This document shows positions 48,049 to 56,791 of a stretch of DNA of 64,000 nucleotides, piece after piece. Position numbers and translations under genes: made by a program. The DNA is from Candidatus Thorarchaeota archaeon (GTDB lineage Archaea; Asgardarchaeota; Thorarchaeia; Thorarchaeales; Thorarchaeaceae). The stretch's first letter is position 1. Each line of letters opens with the position of its first letter. The notes beneath the pieces are model-generated. The model was given only the letters and a program-made list of their open reading frames with translations, was not told the origin of the DNA and made no database searches. The stretch lies in the NCBI GenBank assembly GCA_004524445.1, contig SDNP01000009.1, positions 26,069 to 90,068 of the forward strand. Direction: 5' to 3'.

Positions 48049-48984
48049 ATGTTTGTCTTCGAGAAAGAGCAGTATATCTACAATATTGGTAACACGCGGA
48101 TTGGTGGAACGAGAGGAGAGAATCCGACTGTCCTCGCTGGAACAATTTTCTATAGCGAACACAAAATAGTGGAGAATCCCAAGACCGGTGTGTTCAATCA
48201 GGAAAAGGCTGAAGAACTGATCAACGCACAAGATGAAATGTCTGAAGCTACCGGTATTCCCTCATTAGTGCATATTTTTTCTGAGTCAGAGAGAGCTATC
48301 CGCAAATACATAGACTTTGTAGCAGGTATCACAGACGCCCCTATCATAATCGACTCAACTAATGCCTCAGTGCGCATAATCGGACTCGAGCACGCTGAAG
48401 AAGTAGGAGTTCAGGACCGTTGCATCTACAACAGCATCAACCTTTCAATCACAGATGAGGAATTGCAGAGACTCAAGGATATACAGCATGAATGTGCGAT
48501 AGTACTGGCATTCAATCCACAGGACCCCAGCATATCAGGAAAACGAGCTGTCTTGGAGAACGGCATTGGTGAACTCGACAAAGGACTGCTTAGCCTATCT
48601 GAAGAACTGGGTGTGACTAAGCCGCTTATCGATACCGCAGTCACCGCCATGGGTGCTGGTGCGGGATCTGCGGCAGCTTTTACTTTCGTGTCAAAAATTC
48701 TCTATGGTCATCCCGTGGGGTCTGGAATTCATAATGGGCCTTCATCATGGTCATGGCTTAAGAAGTTCAAGAAGAAAAATCGTATGGCCTACAAGTCATG
48801 TGATGTTGCCTCTAGTCTGATTGTTCAGGTTCTGGGTGCTGACTATATCTTATATGGTCCAATTAGCAGTGCTCCTGAAGTCTTTCCAATCGTTGCAATG
48901 GGTGAGGTCTTTGCCGCCGAAGCGGCAAAACAGGAGTTCGGGCTTGAGCCAGTAGATGGTCATCCCTTCACAAAGCTATTGTAG
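48049..48984 (+). CDS. mtrH: Pterin-binding methyltransferase MtrH-like (copy 2)
   Basis: MFVFEKEQ, GENPTVLAGTIFY, IIDST, IYNSIN, LIDTA, GIHN, LYGPI. Confidence 0.9.
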   Translation: MFVFEKEQYIYNIGNTRIGGTRGENPTVLAGTIFYSEHKIVENPKTGVFNQEKAEELINAQDEMSEATGIPSLVHIFSESERAIRKYIDFVAGITDAPIIIDSTNASVRIIGLEHAEEVGVQDRCIYNSINLSITDEELQRLKDIQHECAIVLAFNPQDPSISGKRAVLENGIGELDKGLLSLSEELGVTKPLIDTAVTAMGAGAGSAAAFTFVSKILYGHPVGSGIHNGPSSWSWLKKFKKKNRMAYKSCDVASSLIVQVLGADYILYGPISSAPEVFPIVAMGEVFAAEAAKQEFGLEPVDGHPFTKLL

Positions 48985-48994
48985 GTGATGCCTT

Positions 48995-50410
48995 TTGGTG
49001 GCATCCAATTACCATCGAGTCCGACCGAGGAGTCTTGGTATCAGTTCTCTACGAATGGGTGCGTACTTCACTGTCGCCTCAGTAGAGCTGGGTAATACAA
49101 CGACGAAATGCATTATCTGTTCCACTAATCTCAAGACGGCTGAGATTTTTGAGATTGCCAAGGAAGTCCGGATGACCCGCACAGTACGAGCTCCAGAGGA
49201 TGGTGAGAAAGTATTCGGGAAAACTCTTACTGGGGTGTTTCTCACTAGGGACTCTGTTTCTGAACTAATCGAGGACATCCTGCTGTCTGCTCTCACAAAA
49301 GCTGGATTAGATATGGAACGAGATCTCCATTTTGTGGTTCGCTCCACCGGTGTTACTGCGGGATTTGCTGAACCTCATGAAGTTGATGCAATGGTGAGAG
49401 CATTGGCTGATGGATGCATCAAGGCTGGCGTACCCCCCAATCGAATGACTGCTGCACTTTCCCCTGAGAATCTTCCTCCCGGACTACAGGAATTTACTTG
49501 GCTGAAAAGAGTATATTTTGATGGTGCCGTTGCTAGTTGTCTTCCCCCTCCCACAACCACCCTTGTTGCCAATGAAATGGAGGGTGAATTAGTAACCGCA
49601 GGAATGAAGGGCGCTGCAAAAAGCACAAAGGCAGACTTCCGCAACCCCGTCATGACATTAGATTTCGGAACTACTTTGGCTGGACGGATAACTGATGACG
49701 AATTCCCCTACTGCAACACTATTGGCTCTTTCGTGGGTCTGGCAGGAGCTATACCTGATGCTATCGCCAGGGGCTCTGGTTTAGTGGATCAAAAAGAGGG
49801 AACGGCATTAGAATTACCCTTGATCGGTTCAGAGAGTAAGGTAAGTGACACGGTGATCGACCGGATTCATAAGGCAATCAGTGTTGAAATAGTGAAAGGC
49901 GACTGTGATCGATATGGAACAGTGCCAGTTAATGTGAATGCTGCACATGAATCCAGCGTGACGATGATTGGTGTTGATGTGGGGTCAAATGGTTCGAAGC
50001 TCTCCCTACTTGAAGAAATTGGCAAACAAATAACCGATGAATATGGTCCTACTCATTTGAAACCTGTACTAGATGAAGTTCAGGTTCACCTAGTTCAGAG
50101 GATTTTGACTCTTGCTGAAAAACAAAAACTCCTTTTGCCGCACACTGCACTAGGTGTCACAGGTCGTGCAATAACGACCGGGAATAAGCCGCAGATTCTC
50201 TCGAATAGTTTGAGGCTAAGCGATGGGAGGTTATGGACGAGTGAACATATTCTCTTGATTGTTGATGATGGTCTTGCTTTGGGCGCAGCTGTGGCTGCCA
50301 GATGCATGAATTCAATGGGTACTAGGCACAATCCAATGGGGGGCAGACAAGGTGACAGATGCATCATGGCGGAGAGAGAAAAAATGCAGCGAAACAGGTC
50401 TGATACATGA
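48995..50410 (+). CDS. Methanogenesis marker protein 14 (DUF2114), ASKHA-fold ATPase-like
   Basis: VASVELGNTTTKCI, FVVRSTGV, FDGAV, ANEMEGEL, DFRNP, DFGTTLAG, DDGLALGAA, ARCMNS. Confidence 0.85.
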   Translation: MVASNYHRVRPRSLGISSLRMGAYFTVASVELGNTTTKCIICSTNLKTAEIFEIAKEVRMTRTVRAPEDGEKVFGKTLTGVFLTRDSVSELIEDILLSALTKAGLDMERDLHFVVRSTGVTAGFAEPHEVDAMVRALADGCIKAGVPPNRMTAALSPENLPPGLQEFTWLKRVYFDGAVASCLPPPTTTLVANEMEGELVTAGMKGAAKSTKADFRNPVMTLDFGTTLAGRITDDEFPYCNTIGSFVGLAGAIPDAIARGSGLVDQKEGTALELPLIGSESKVSDTVIDRIHKAISVEIVKGDCDRYGTVPVNVNAAHESSVTMIGVDVGSNGSKLSLLEEIGKQITDEYGPTHLKPVLDEVQVHLVQRILTLAEKQKLLLPHTALGVTGRAITTGNKPQILSNSLRLSDGRLWTSEHILLIVDDGLALGAAVAARCMNSMGTRHNPMGGRQGDRCIMAEREKMQRNRSDT

Positions 50411-50456
50411 TTAGGAGCGTTTATCTCTACTTAAGACACAACAAAGCGAGATTCTT

Positions 50457-51239
50457 ATGATTGTCCAGCCAATTAAGACTCGAACCATAAGCGAGGACGA
50501 TAACTTTCTTGATGTTCTGTTTGAGGGACTTGAGAAAACCGGTTTCTCTATTGAAAACGGAGATATTCTTGGTATAGCTGAAACGCCGTTGGGTACAACA
50601 GAAGGGCGTGTTTTCAAACTCTCCGACATCACTCCAAGTAGGCGTGCACTTGAATTGGCATCAAGGCATGATTTGATACCCGAGGTTGCTGAGCTTGTTC
50701 TGCAGGAAGCTGATGAGATACTGGGAGGAATCCCCCATGTTCTTCTGACCATCAAGAACAACACCCTCATGGCAAATGCTGGCGTAGACAAATCTAACGT
50801 CCCTCCGGGCTACGCGTCACTTCTTCCCGTTGACTCAAAGAGTAGTGCTAATCGTGTTCGTAAAGAAGTATACGAACGAACAGGAAAACGGATTGGCGTA
50901 ATCATAATCGATAGCAGAACCCAGCCATTGCGATTGGGCAATATAGGAATGGCACTTGCAGTGTCTGGCTTTCATCCGGTTGTAGACGAGCGAGGAAAAC
51001 ACGACCTATTCGGAAACGAAATGAGAATCACGAGGAGAGCAGTGGCTGATAATCTGGCATCTGCCTGCACAGCTGTCATGGGCGAGTCCAGCGAGTCAAT
51101 TCCTGCCGCTATAATTAGAAACGCACCAGTTGAGCTCTCAGAAGAATCCTATGACTCATCCGTTATGTGGATTAGTCCTCAGGAATGTATGTACATGGCA
51201 ATCTTTGAACAATGGCGTAGGGGTTGTGGAGGAAACTAG
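50457..51239 (+). CDS. cofE: Coenzyme F420-0:L-glutamate ligase family
   Basis: ANAGVDKSN, IIDSRTQPLRLG, DLFG, AVADNLAS, MGES.E..P. Confidence 0.88.
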   Translation: MIVQPIKTRTISEDDNFLDVLFEGLEKTGFSIENGDILGIAETPLGTTEGRVFKLSDITPSRRALELASRHDLIPEVAELVLQEADEILGGIPHVLLTIKNNTLMANAGVDKSNVPPGYASLLPVDSKSSANRVRKEVYERTGKRIGVIIIDSRTQPLRLGNIGMALAVSGFHPVVDERGKHDLFGNEMRITRRAVADNLASACTAVMGESSESIPAAIIRNAPVELSEESYDSSVMWISPQECMYMAIFEQWRRGCGGN

Positions 51240-51369
51240 ACTATCAACACATGGTAGATCTTCTAGGCCAGGCGCGTGCTGCCGTCCCGAGTCCGTGCTC
51301 GAAAGAAAGAAAAGGGGAACTCATATCTCGATAACTACAGAGCATTCATCAAAAGCAGGGATTGATTAC

Positions 51370-52701
51370 TTGAGCGAAAAGGTTGTTCTGATCGATGCAT
51401 CAGTAGCAGGAGCATCAGGGGATATGATTCTATCTGCCCTAATTGATATCTTGCAGGATGATGACGCCGTTGTCCCAGTTGCAGCGAGTCTTCTCATATA
51501 CGATCCAGCTGTTCGCGTTCAAGTCTTCGAGAAAACCTTGGATGATATCTCTGGAAAACACCTTGAGATCGCCAAAGATGATAGTGTCAGATTCGATCCA
51601 TCCTCTCTCCGTGAGATAATCACTGTCCTTTCTGAAGAGCTCGAGCTTTCGCCTAAAGGAAAGAAGCTAGCCAAGGAAGCTCTTGAGCAAATCTTTAGAG
51701 CCGAATCCAGAGCTCATGATACTCCTATAGAGGAATTGCATCTTCACGAAACCGGCTCAATTGACACAATCCTTGACATTGCCGGTACGATGTATCTCTT
51801 GGAGAAAGCGGAGCTATTGGAAGACGCCCGTTTATTGTGTACAAGTGTGGCTGTTGGCAGCGGTACCATAGAAACTGAACATGGGGAGCTTGAAGTACCA
51901 GTCCCTGCAGTGGCTGAAATCATCGTTGAACACGAGATGCCCTTCCACAAGGGTGATGCAAAAACTGAAACACTGACCCCTACGGGCGCTGCGATATTGG
52001 CGACACTCGCCGAAGGCTATGTAGAGTCAAGAGATGCTTTTGAAGAAGAACAGAGAGGAAATGGATTCGGTAGTCGTGAGCTAGGCGATATTCCCAATGT
52101 TTTATCTATTTCAGTTGGAAAATTAGAGGAAAAACCACCAGAAGTCCAACCTGAGGAAACACCAACGGAAAAGGAGCCTCAAACCGAGAGGCAACCAACC
52201 AAGATAGAGGAGATGCCCATGGAAATAGGAAAATGGAATCAAGATGAAGTGATTGTTATCGAGGCCAATGTTGACGATGTTGACGGTGAAGTCCTTGGTA
52301 ATATGATCGATACCCTCATGTCCGACGGCATGGCACTTGATGTTGTCATTATCCCCGCATATGGGAAGAAAAACAGACCCTGCTATGTCGTCAAGGTGAT
52401 ATCTCCAATCAATCGGCTGGATAATATTGCAGAGATATTGATTAAAAATATTGGAACACTAGGCATTCGATATACTACATGGTCTAGGTTAAAGGCTCAG
52501 CGTGAAACCATCGTTACTCGGCTTGAAATCGATGGTGAACAGTACATGGTTCGCGTTAAGCTCTCCCGCGGTCCGGATGGCAGTATTGTCAACATCAAAC
52601 CTGAGGTAGATGACATAGTTACAGTATCACAGGCTACTGGCATACCAATACGAGAATTGAAACCCAGAGTAATTCTTCAGGCTCATGCAGTCACTGAATA
52701 A
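51370..52701 (+). CDS. larC: Nickel pincer cofactor nickel-insertion protein
   Basis: AGASGDMIL, HLHETGSID, HG.L.VP.PA, TPTGAAIL, EANVDD, KKNRP, TLGIR, KPE.DD; TTG start inferred. Confidence 0.9.
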   Translation: MSEKVVLIDASVAGASGDMILSALIDILQDDDAVVPVAASLLIYDPAVRVQVFEKTLDDISGKHLEIAKDDSVRFDPSSLREIITVLSEELELSPKGKKLAKEALEQIFRAESRAHDTPIEELHLHETGSIDTILDIAGTMYLLEKAELLEDARLLCTSVAVGSGTIETEHGELEVPVPAVAEIIVEHEMPFHKGDAKTETLTPTGAAILATLAEGYVESRDAFEEEQRGNGFGSRELGDIPNVLSISVGKLEEKPPEVQPEETPTEKEPQTERQPTKIEEMPMEIGKWNQDEVIVIEANVDDVDGEVLGNMIDTLMSDGMALDVVIIPAYGKKNRPCYVVKVISPINRLDNIAEILIKNIGTLGIRYTTWSRLKAQRETIVTRLEIDGEQYMVRVKLSRGPDGSIVNIKPEVDDIVTVSQATGIPIRELKPRVILQAHAVTE

Positions 52702-54967
52702 AGGGTTTTAGAGAGGGAAGTTGTTTTTCATCAAGCGATAAAGCATTGAGATACTTTGCGGGTATAAGATTTTCAAATGCCCTTTTACAGAGCTCCTCGT
52801 AGGCATCTGAGTCATAAGTTGCAGAATCATCAAGTAGCTCTACTGCTTTCGCGCGTCTTAGAGGATTAGGTGATTTTGTGTCTGTCAAGATATACCGCAC
52901 TTTTTGACCTGCATGTATTTCTCTTCCTGACTCTACTAGTTGCTTTGCCACCATTGCTGCCCGTGAGGTTGTCTGGTACTCGTAGGGTTCACGCGTGAGT
53001 CTTGAGTGTAGTACAAGATCTCGTAGGTCCACATCTTCTTCCCTGAGTTTTGCTGAGAACTCTTTACAAACCGAATATGCTTTGGGAATCCTCTCAAGAA
53101 ACCCTTCCTTGTCCCTTCCCTTTGCAAGTATCTTTATCATTTCCGACTGGCAGTCGCCGACATACAGACAGGTATCTCGTCGCCGGGTTTCTATTCCTCG
53201 AGTTTTGATTGCCCCATTCTGATATACACCGTAGTAGCGGTTCAGGGGTGCAATGGAGGGATGAAGTCTGGATGAAGGAATTACCATCCAACGATATACT
53301 CCCTTCAAGGACATATCGATGTCAACTGCTTTGCTTACTCTTCTACAAAACTCTTGTACATGGTCAAAGTCAATCTCGTTTTCGGTTTTCACCCATAGAG
53401 AATCCACGATTCCATGTACGGTCTGAAACCCCATCTCTTGACCTATCTCCTGGGTCTTGAGCAGTACTTCACGAGCAAGTGCACAGACCGCAGTGTGCGC
53501 CTCGACACGCCCAAATTTCGCATTTTTGAACCCCAGGTACCCAAAACAAGAAACAAGCACTCCCTTCAGAGTGTTTTGCATTATCGCGTATTTCTCGGTG
53601 TCCTCCCCCTCTGCTATCAAACGTTTGAATTCGTTTCGTTTACGAACCACTAGTTCGAGCGACTTTGCAATGAGACCTCTTTTGCGATTACATAGACGGA
53701 AATTAAGTTCGGGGACTTCAATACAATATTTGTAGTCATAGGGGCAGTCCATTCGCATGCAGATTGTTTCGGGACTAATATTTCGAGTCACCATTAGTGT
53801 AGGGTACATAGAGGAGAAGTCTACCTCTGCAACGTGTTCGTAGATATCCGGTCTTGGTTGAAAGATAAGGCCCCCTCTGTCAATGTTTGCAAGTTCGTTT
53901 ATTGACTTGAGAAACTCGGGATTTCTCTTCACTGGTGGAATGAGCACGTCCATCTGGTGGGCTGTATAGAACTGAACTGAGGCGTTGACGCTACCAATAG
54001 ACATCCGTGCTACTCGTTGAGGTGGAGCAAAGGCCAGTCGACACCCTTCAATAACACCCTCGATTCCTGAAGGCCCACGGAACTTGCTGTCAGACCTGTC
54101 AATGTGGATTCTGCCATTGAACATCACTTGGTTGCCAGATCTATACACAATCTGATTATACTGCCAAAACGACGTTGGTTCGCGATAGGTCACATTCAGT
54201 GGGGTGCTATCTCTTGAGAAAACGAGTTCTACCTCATTTACCTTTGCTCTCAGTGTCAGATACCGGAACACATGGTCATCCCCTCCTCGACTGACAATGA
54301 TGTCTGGATCGATGGTATCAATAGCATTCTGAAGTGATAGGAGGGTCTCTTTCTCGGTCCGTTCTCTCAATTTGATGATTCTCCCCTGATGATAGACTTC
54401 GATGTGACTGATTGGATCTTCTAGGCGTGGAAATACTCGTCCAGATGCGACGTATACCTCAATCCCTATCTCCTCCAGATCTGGAATGTCATATTCGGCA
54501 TCTTCTCGGTTATCAAGGCACTTGAGTGCTGTAACTCTCTCTCCCTCGGACTCGAACTCTATTCTCCCGAAAGCAAAGATCTCCTCAGTCAAAAAGAACT
54601 GCTGGACTGGACCGATTTCTGCATGATAGACCACAGCGTCAGGTAATTTCTCTAGGTCCCTTGCAACTTCTCTTTGTTGTCCGACATCAGTGAAGACTCG
54701 TAAGACACGAGATTTCTCTTCATCATACACACTGGTATACTTCCGGACTATATCCACTCCTGCCACATGAGAATGTTCTCGTATTGTGTGAAACAATCGT
54801 TGGTCTGTCCACTCTTCAGCATCTAGAAGGCTGGTATGCACAAAGAGTGCTGGCTTGAATTTGTCATAGACGTACCCCTGCGTCCTTCCGTTCCTCTTGA
54901 TCCAGAGAATCAATGCTTCTCTGTCATGGTCTACGTTTGCATCGAGGAGCCATCCCTGTTTCTTCAT
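52691..54967 (-). CDS. polB2: Family B DNA polymerase, PolB2 group
   Basis: DFSSMYP, K..LVSCFGYLG, motif C HGIVDS, RGIE.RR; degenerate exonuclease motif. Confidence 0.88.
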   Translation of the reverse strand: MKKQGWLLDANVDHDREALILWIKRNGRTQGYVYDKFKPALFVHTSLLDAEEWTDQRLFHTIREHSHVAGVDIVRKYTSVYDEEKSRVLRVFTDVGQQREVARDLEKLPDAVVYHAEIGPVQQFFLTEEIFAFGRIEFESEGERVTALKCLDNREDAEYDIPDLEEIGIEVYVASGRVFPRLEDPISHIEVYHQGRIIKLRERTEKETLLSLQNAIDTIDPDIIVSRGGDDHVFRYLTLRAKVNEVELVFSRDSTPLNVTYREPTSFWQYNQIVYRSGNQVMFNGRIHIDRSDSKFRGPSGIEGVIEGCRLAFAPPQRVARMSIGSVNASVQFYTAHQMDVLIPPVKRNPEFLKSINELANIDRGGLIFQPRPDIYEHVAEVDFSSMYPTLMVTRNISPETICMRMDCPYDYKYCIEVPELNFRLCNRKRGLIAKSLELVVRKRNEFKRLIAEGEDTEKYAIMQNTLKGVLVSCFGYLGFKNAKFGRVEAHTAVCALAREVLLKTQEIGQEMGFQTVHGIVDSLWVKTENEIDFDHVQEFCRRVSKAVDIDMSLKGVYRWMVIPSSRLHPSIAPLNRYYGVYQNGAIKTRGIETRRRDTCLYVGDCQSEMIKILAKGRDKEGFLERIPKAYSVCKEFSAKLREEDVDLRDLVLHSRLTREPYEYQTTSRAAMVAKQLVESGREIHAGQKVRYILTDTKSPNPLRRAKAVELLDDSATYDSDAYEELCKRAFENLIPAKYLNALSLDEKQLPSLKPFIQ

Positions 54968-54970
54968 CTA

Positions 54971-55234
54971 TCACTCCTCTGCGTTTTTCAACTCTTCAAG
55001 TTGAAGTCGTAGTTGTTCTATCTCTTCAAGTAGTCCGATTATGGAGGCAACAAGAACCACTTCTGTGGTGCGGGGTGTGACCATCATGGTTCCTGCATCT
55101 GCGCATGCTCTTGCATAGTCAAACATCCGTTGTAGTTGCTCTCTCTGTGAGACCTTTAACGTACGTGAGAATGCCTTCCAACGACTCTCTTCCTTGTCCA
55201 CTGCATCACGAAAGGTTCTGGCAGTTCTTCCCAT
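54971..55234 (-). CDS. Small PolB2-associated protein (arCOG07300-like)
   Basis: MGRT..TFR, W..F.R.L pattern; 3 nt upstream of polB2. Confidence 0.75.
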   Translation of the reverse strand: MGRTARTFRDAVDKEESRWKAFSRTLKVSQREQLQRMFDYARACADAGTMMVTPRTTEVVLVASIIGLLEEIEQLRLQLEELKNAEE

Positions 55235-55442
55235 GTCTGACTCATCCGGTGTCTTGCGTAGCAGGTGGCAGCGCCCTGACGGGGAAGGAGTATGTCATCT
55301 GAATAGTTGTTACATTTCTTCCTGCTAAACTTCTATTTGGCAGAACGAGAAGGTCAGAGGGACTTCACTGAAAGTAAACTCACTCGGTTATTCTGTTCAA
55401 ATTTATAAGAAGTACCAAACCAGTCGAATTAGAGGAGTATTT

Positions 55443-56147
55443 TTGAAAGAGCATATCCGGATCTTGGCTATTCTCTCTCTGATAGCAACAATCGGACTAG
55501 GTGGGGTAATCGTGCTTCTTCCAAGCACTGGAAGTCAATTCGAGTACAACGAAGATCTCGCCTATAATCAGTTGGCAATCATTGACGATACGAATGGAAC
55601 TCTCTCCTCCTTCTATTCACACTATCTTGAAATCCAGGGCGATGGCAGATTCAACCTCACCCTTCCGGCTTGGACCAATGTTGCGAATATTTACCTCAAT
55701 GCTACTGCGTATGAATTATCTGCTGATGTCGTGGTTTAAATTGACCTCTTGAGTAATCACGAGAGTCTTGCTAATCTTACGTGGGGAGCAAATCTGAAAA
55801 TGATTCACGAAAATGGGAGTATTGGATACGAATTACCCCTTCGCAGATATCTTGTGAGTGGAGGCATCGGATACTCAACGGGACGACACTTGGGTCTGCA
55901 ATCAAATAGCACGACTATCGAGAAATACAATCTTTCGTGGATGGGAGTCTCTTTAGAGTCCATGTTCCATGCGGAGTGTAATTCTAGTTATACGATTTAA
56001 TATGGGGTACTCTTTGATGTAACGATTACTCATGAACATGCCATTCCAACCGATGTTTCTTTACCCGTTCTCGCCTTCTTAGGACTGGGGATTTTCTCAA
56101 CAGGCATGCTTGCTGCTGAAGTATTTCTCATGAATCCTGATGACTAG
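55443..56147 (+). pseudogene. Membrane protein gene interrupted by two in-frame TAA codons
   Basis: One frame of 235 codons with N- and C-terminal TM helices; TAA at 55737-55739 and 55998-56000. Confidence 0.7.
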
Positions 56148-56249
56148 CTTTCAACGATTTGGCATGAAGAATAGATGAATTGCTTCACGAGTCCATGATC
56201 ATTGTGTTCTTTTTGGGACCACGTATGGGGTTGTTTTCATCTTCTCATA

Positions 56250-56534
56250 TCAGAAGTTCTTATCTTGCTTTCTGAGTTCTTCTTGGCGGATGTGTACCTT
56301 ACCGGAATGCACGGCACAACTCACGCAATAATAGGAAGTCATTCGCCGCCTTTGAATGAAAGCACCCTGTTTTTGCAGTTCTTTTGCCATTTGAGGCTCC
56401 ACTAGGGAACTGTATTTTGTGTATTTCTTTGCTTTATCTGCGGGGACCAAACGACCACATCTGGAACATTGCACGCTCCCCTTCTTACCAGCGCCGCCCT
56501 TTGAGCGCCCGCCGGATTTTCTTTTTTTCGTCAA
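56250..56534 (-). CDS. rps26e: Ribosomal protein eS26
   Basis: TKKRKSGGR, VQCSRCGRLVP.DKA, YCVSCAVH; TTG start. Confidence 0.95.
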   Translation of the reverse strand: MTKKRKSGGRSKGGAGKKGSVQCSRCGRLVPADKAKKYTKYSSLVEPQMAKELQKQGAFIQRRRMTSYYCVSCAVHSGKVHIRQEELRKQDKNF

Positions 56535-56791
56535 ATTATTGCTTCCTCGCGATTTTGTTGGAAACGCTGCACTTCTCAGAATTCTTCATCTTAAAGGGTT
56601 ATTGTTTGGTTTCAAGTTCCAAAGTGTTTCTCTTAATGAACAAAACCAAGACATTCTTTGAGTTGGCTCTATATCTTGAGATATCAATCCCCAACTATTT
56701 ACTAGACGACTGGTCATTCACCAAATGTGTGGAGATTAACAAAAGAACGCTTTTATTCAACAAACGCTAGATGTAATATTGGTGTGAAGCT

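Noticed and set aside
55242-55298. 18-aa minus-strand ORF just upstream of the PolB2 partner gene
   Set aside because: Too short to support; its end is explained by the GGATGA RBS-like sequence
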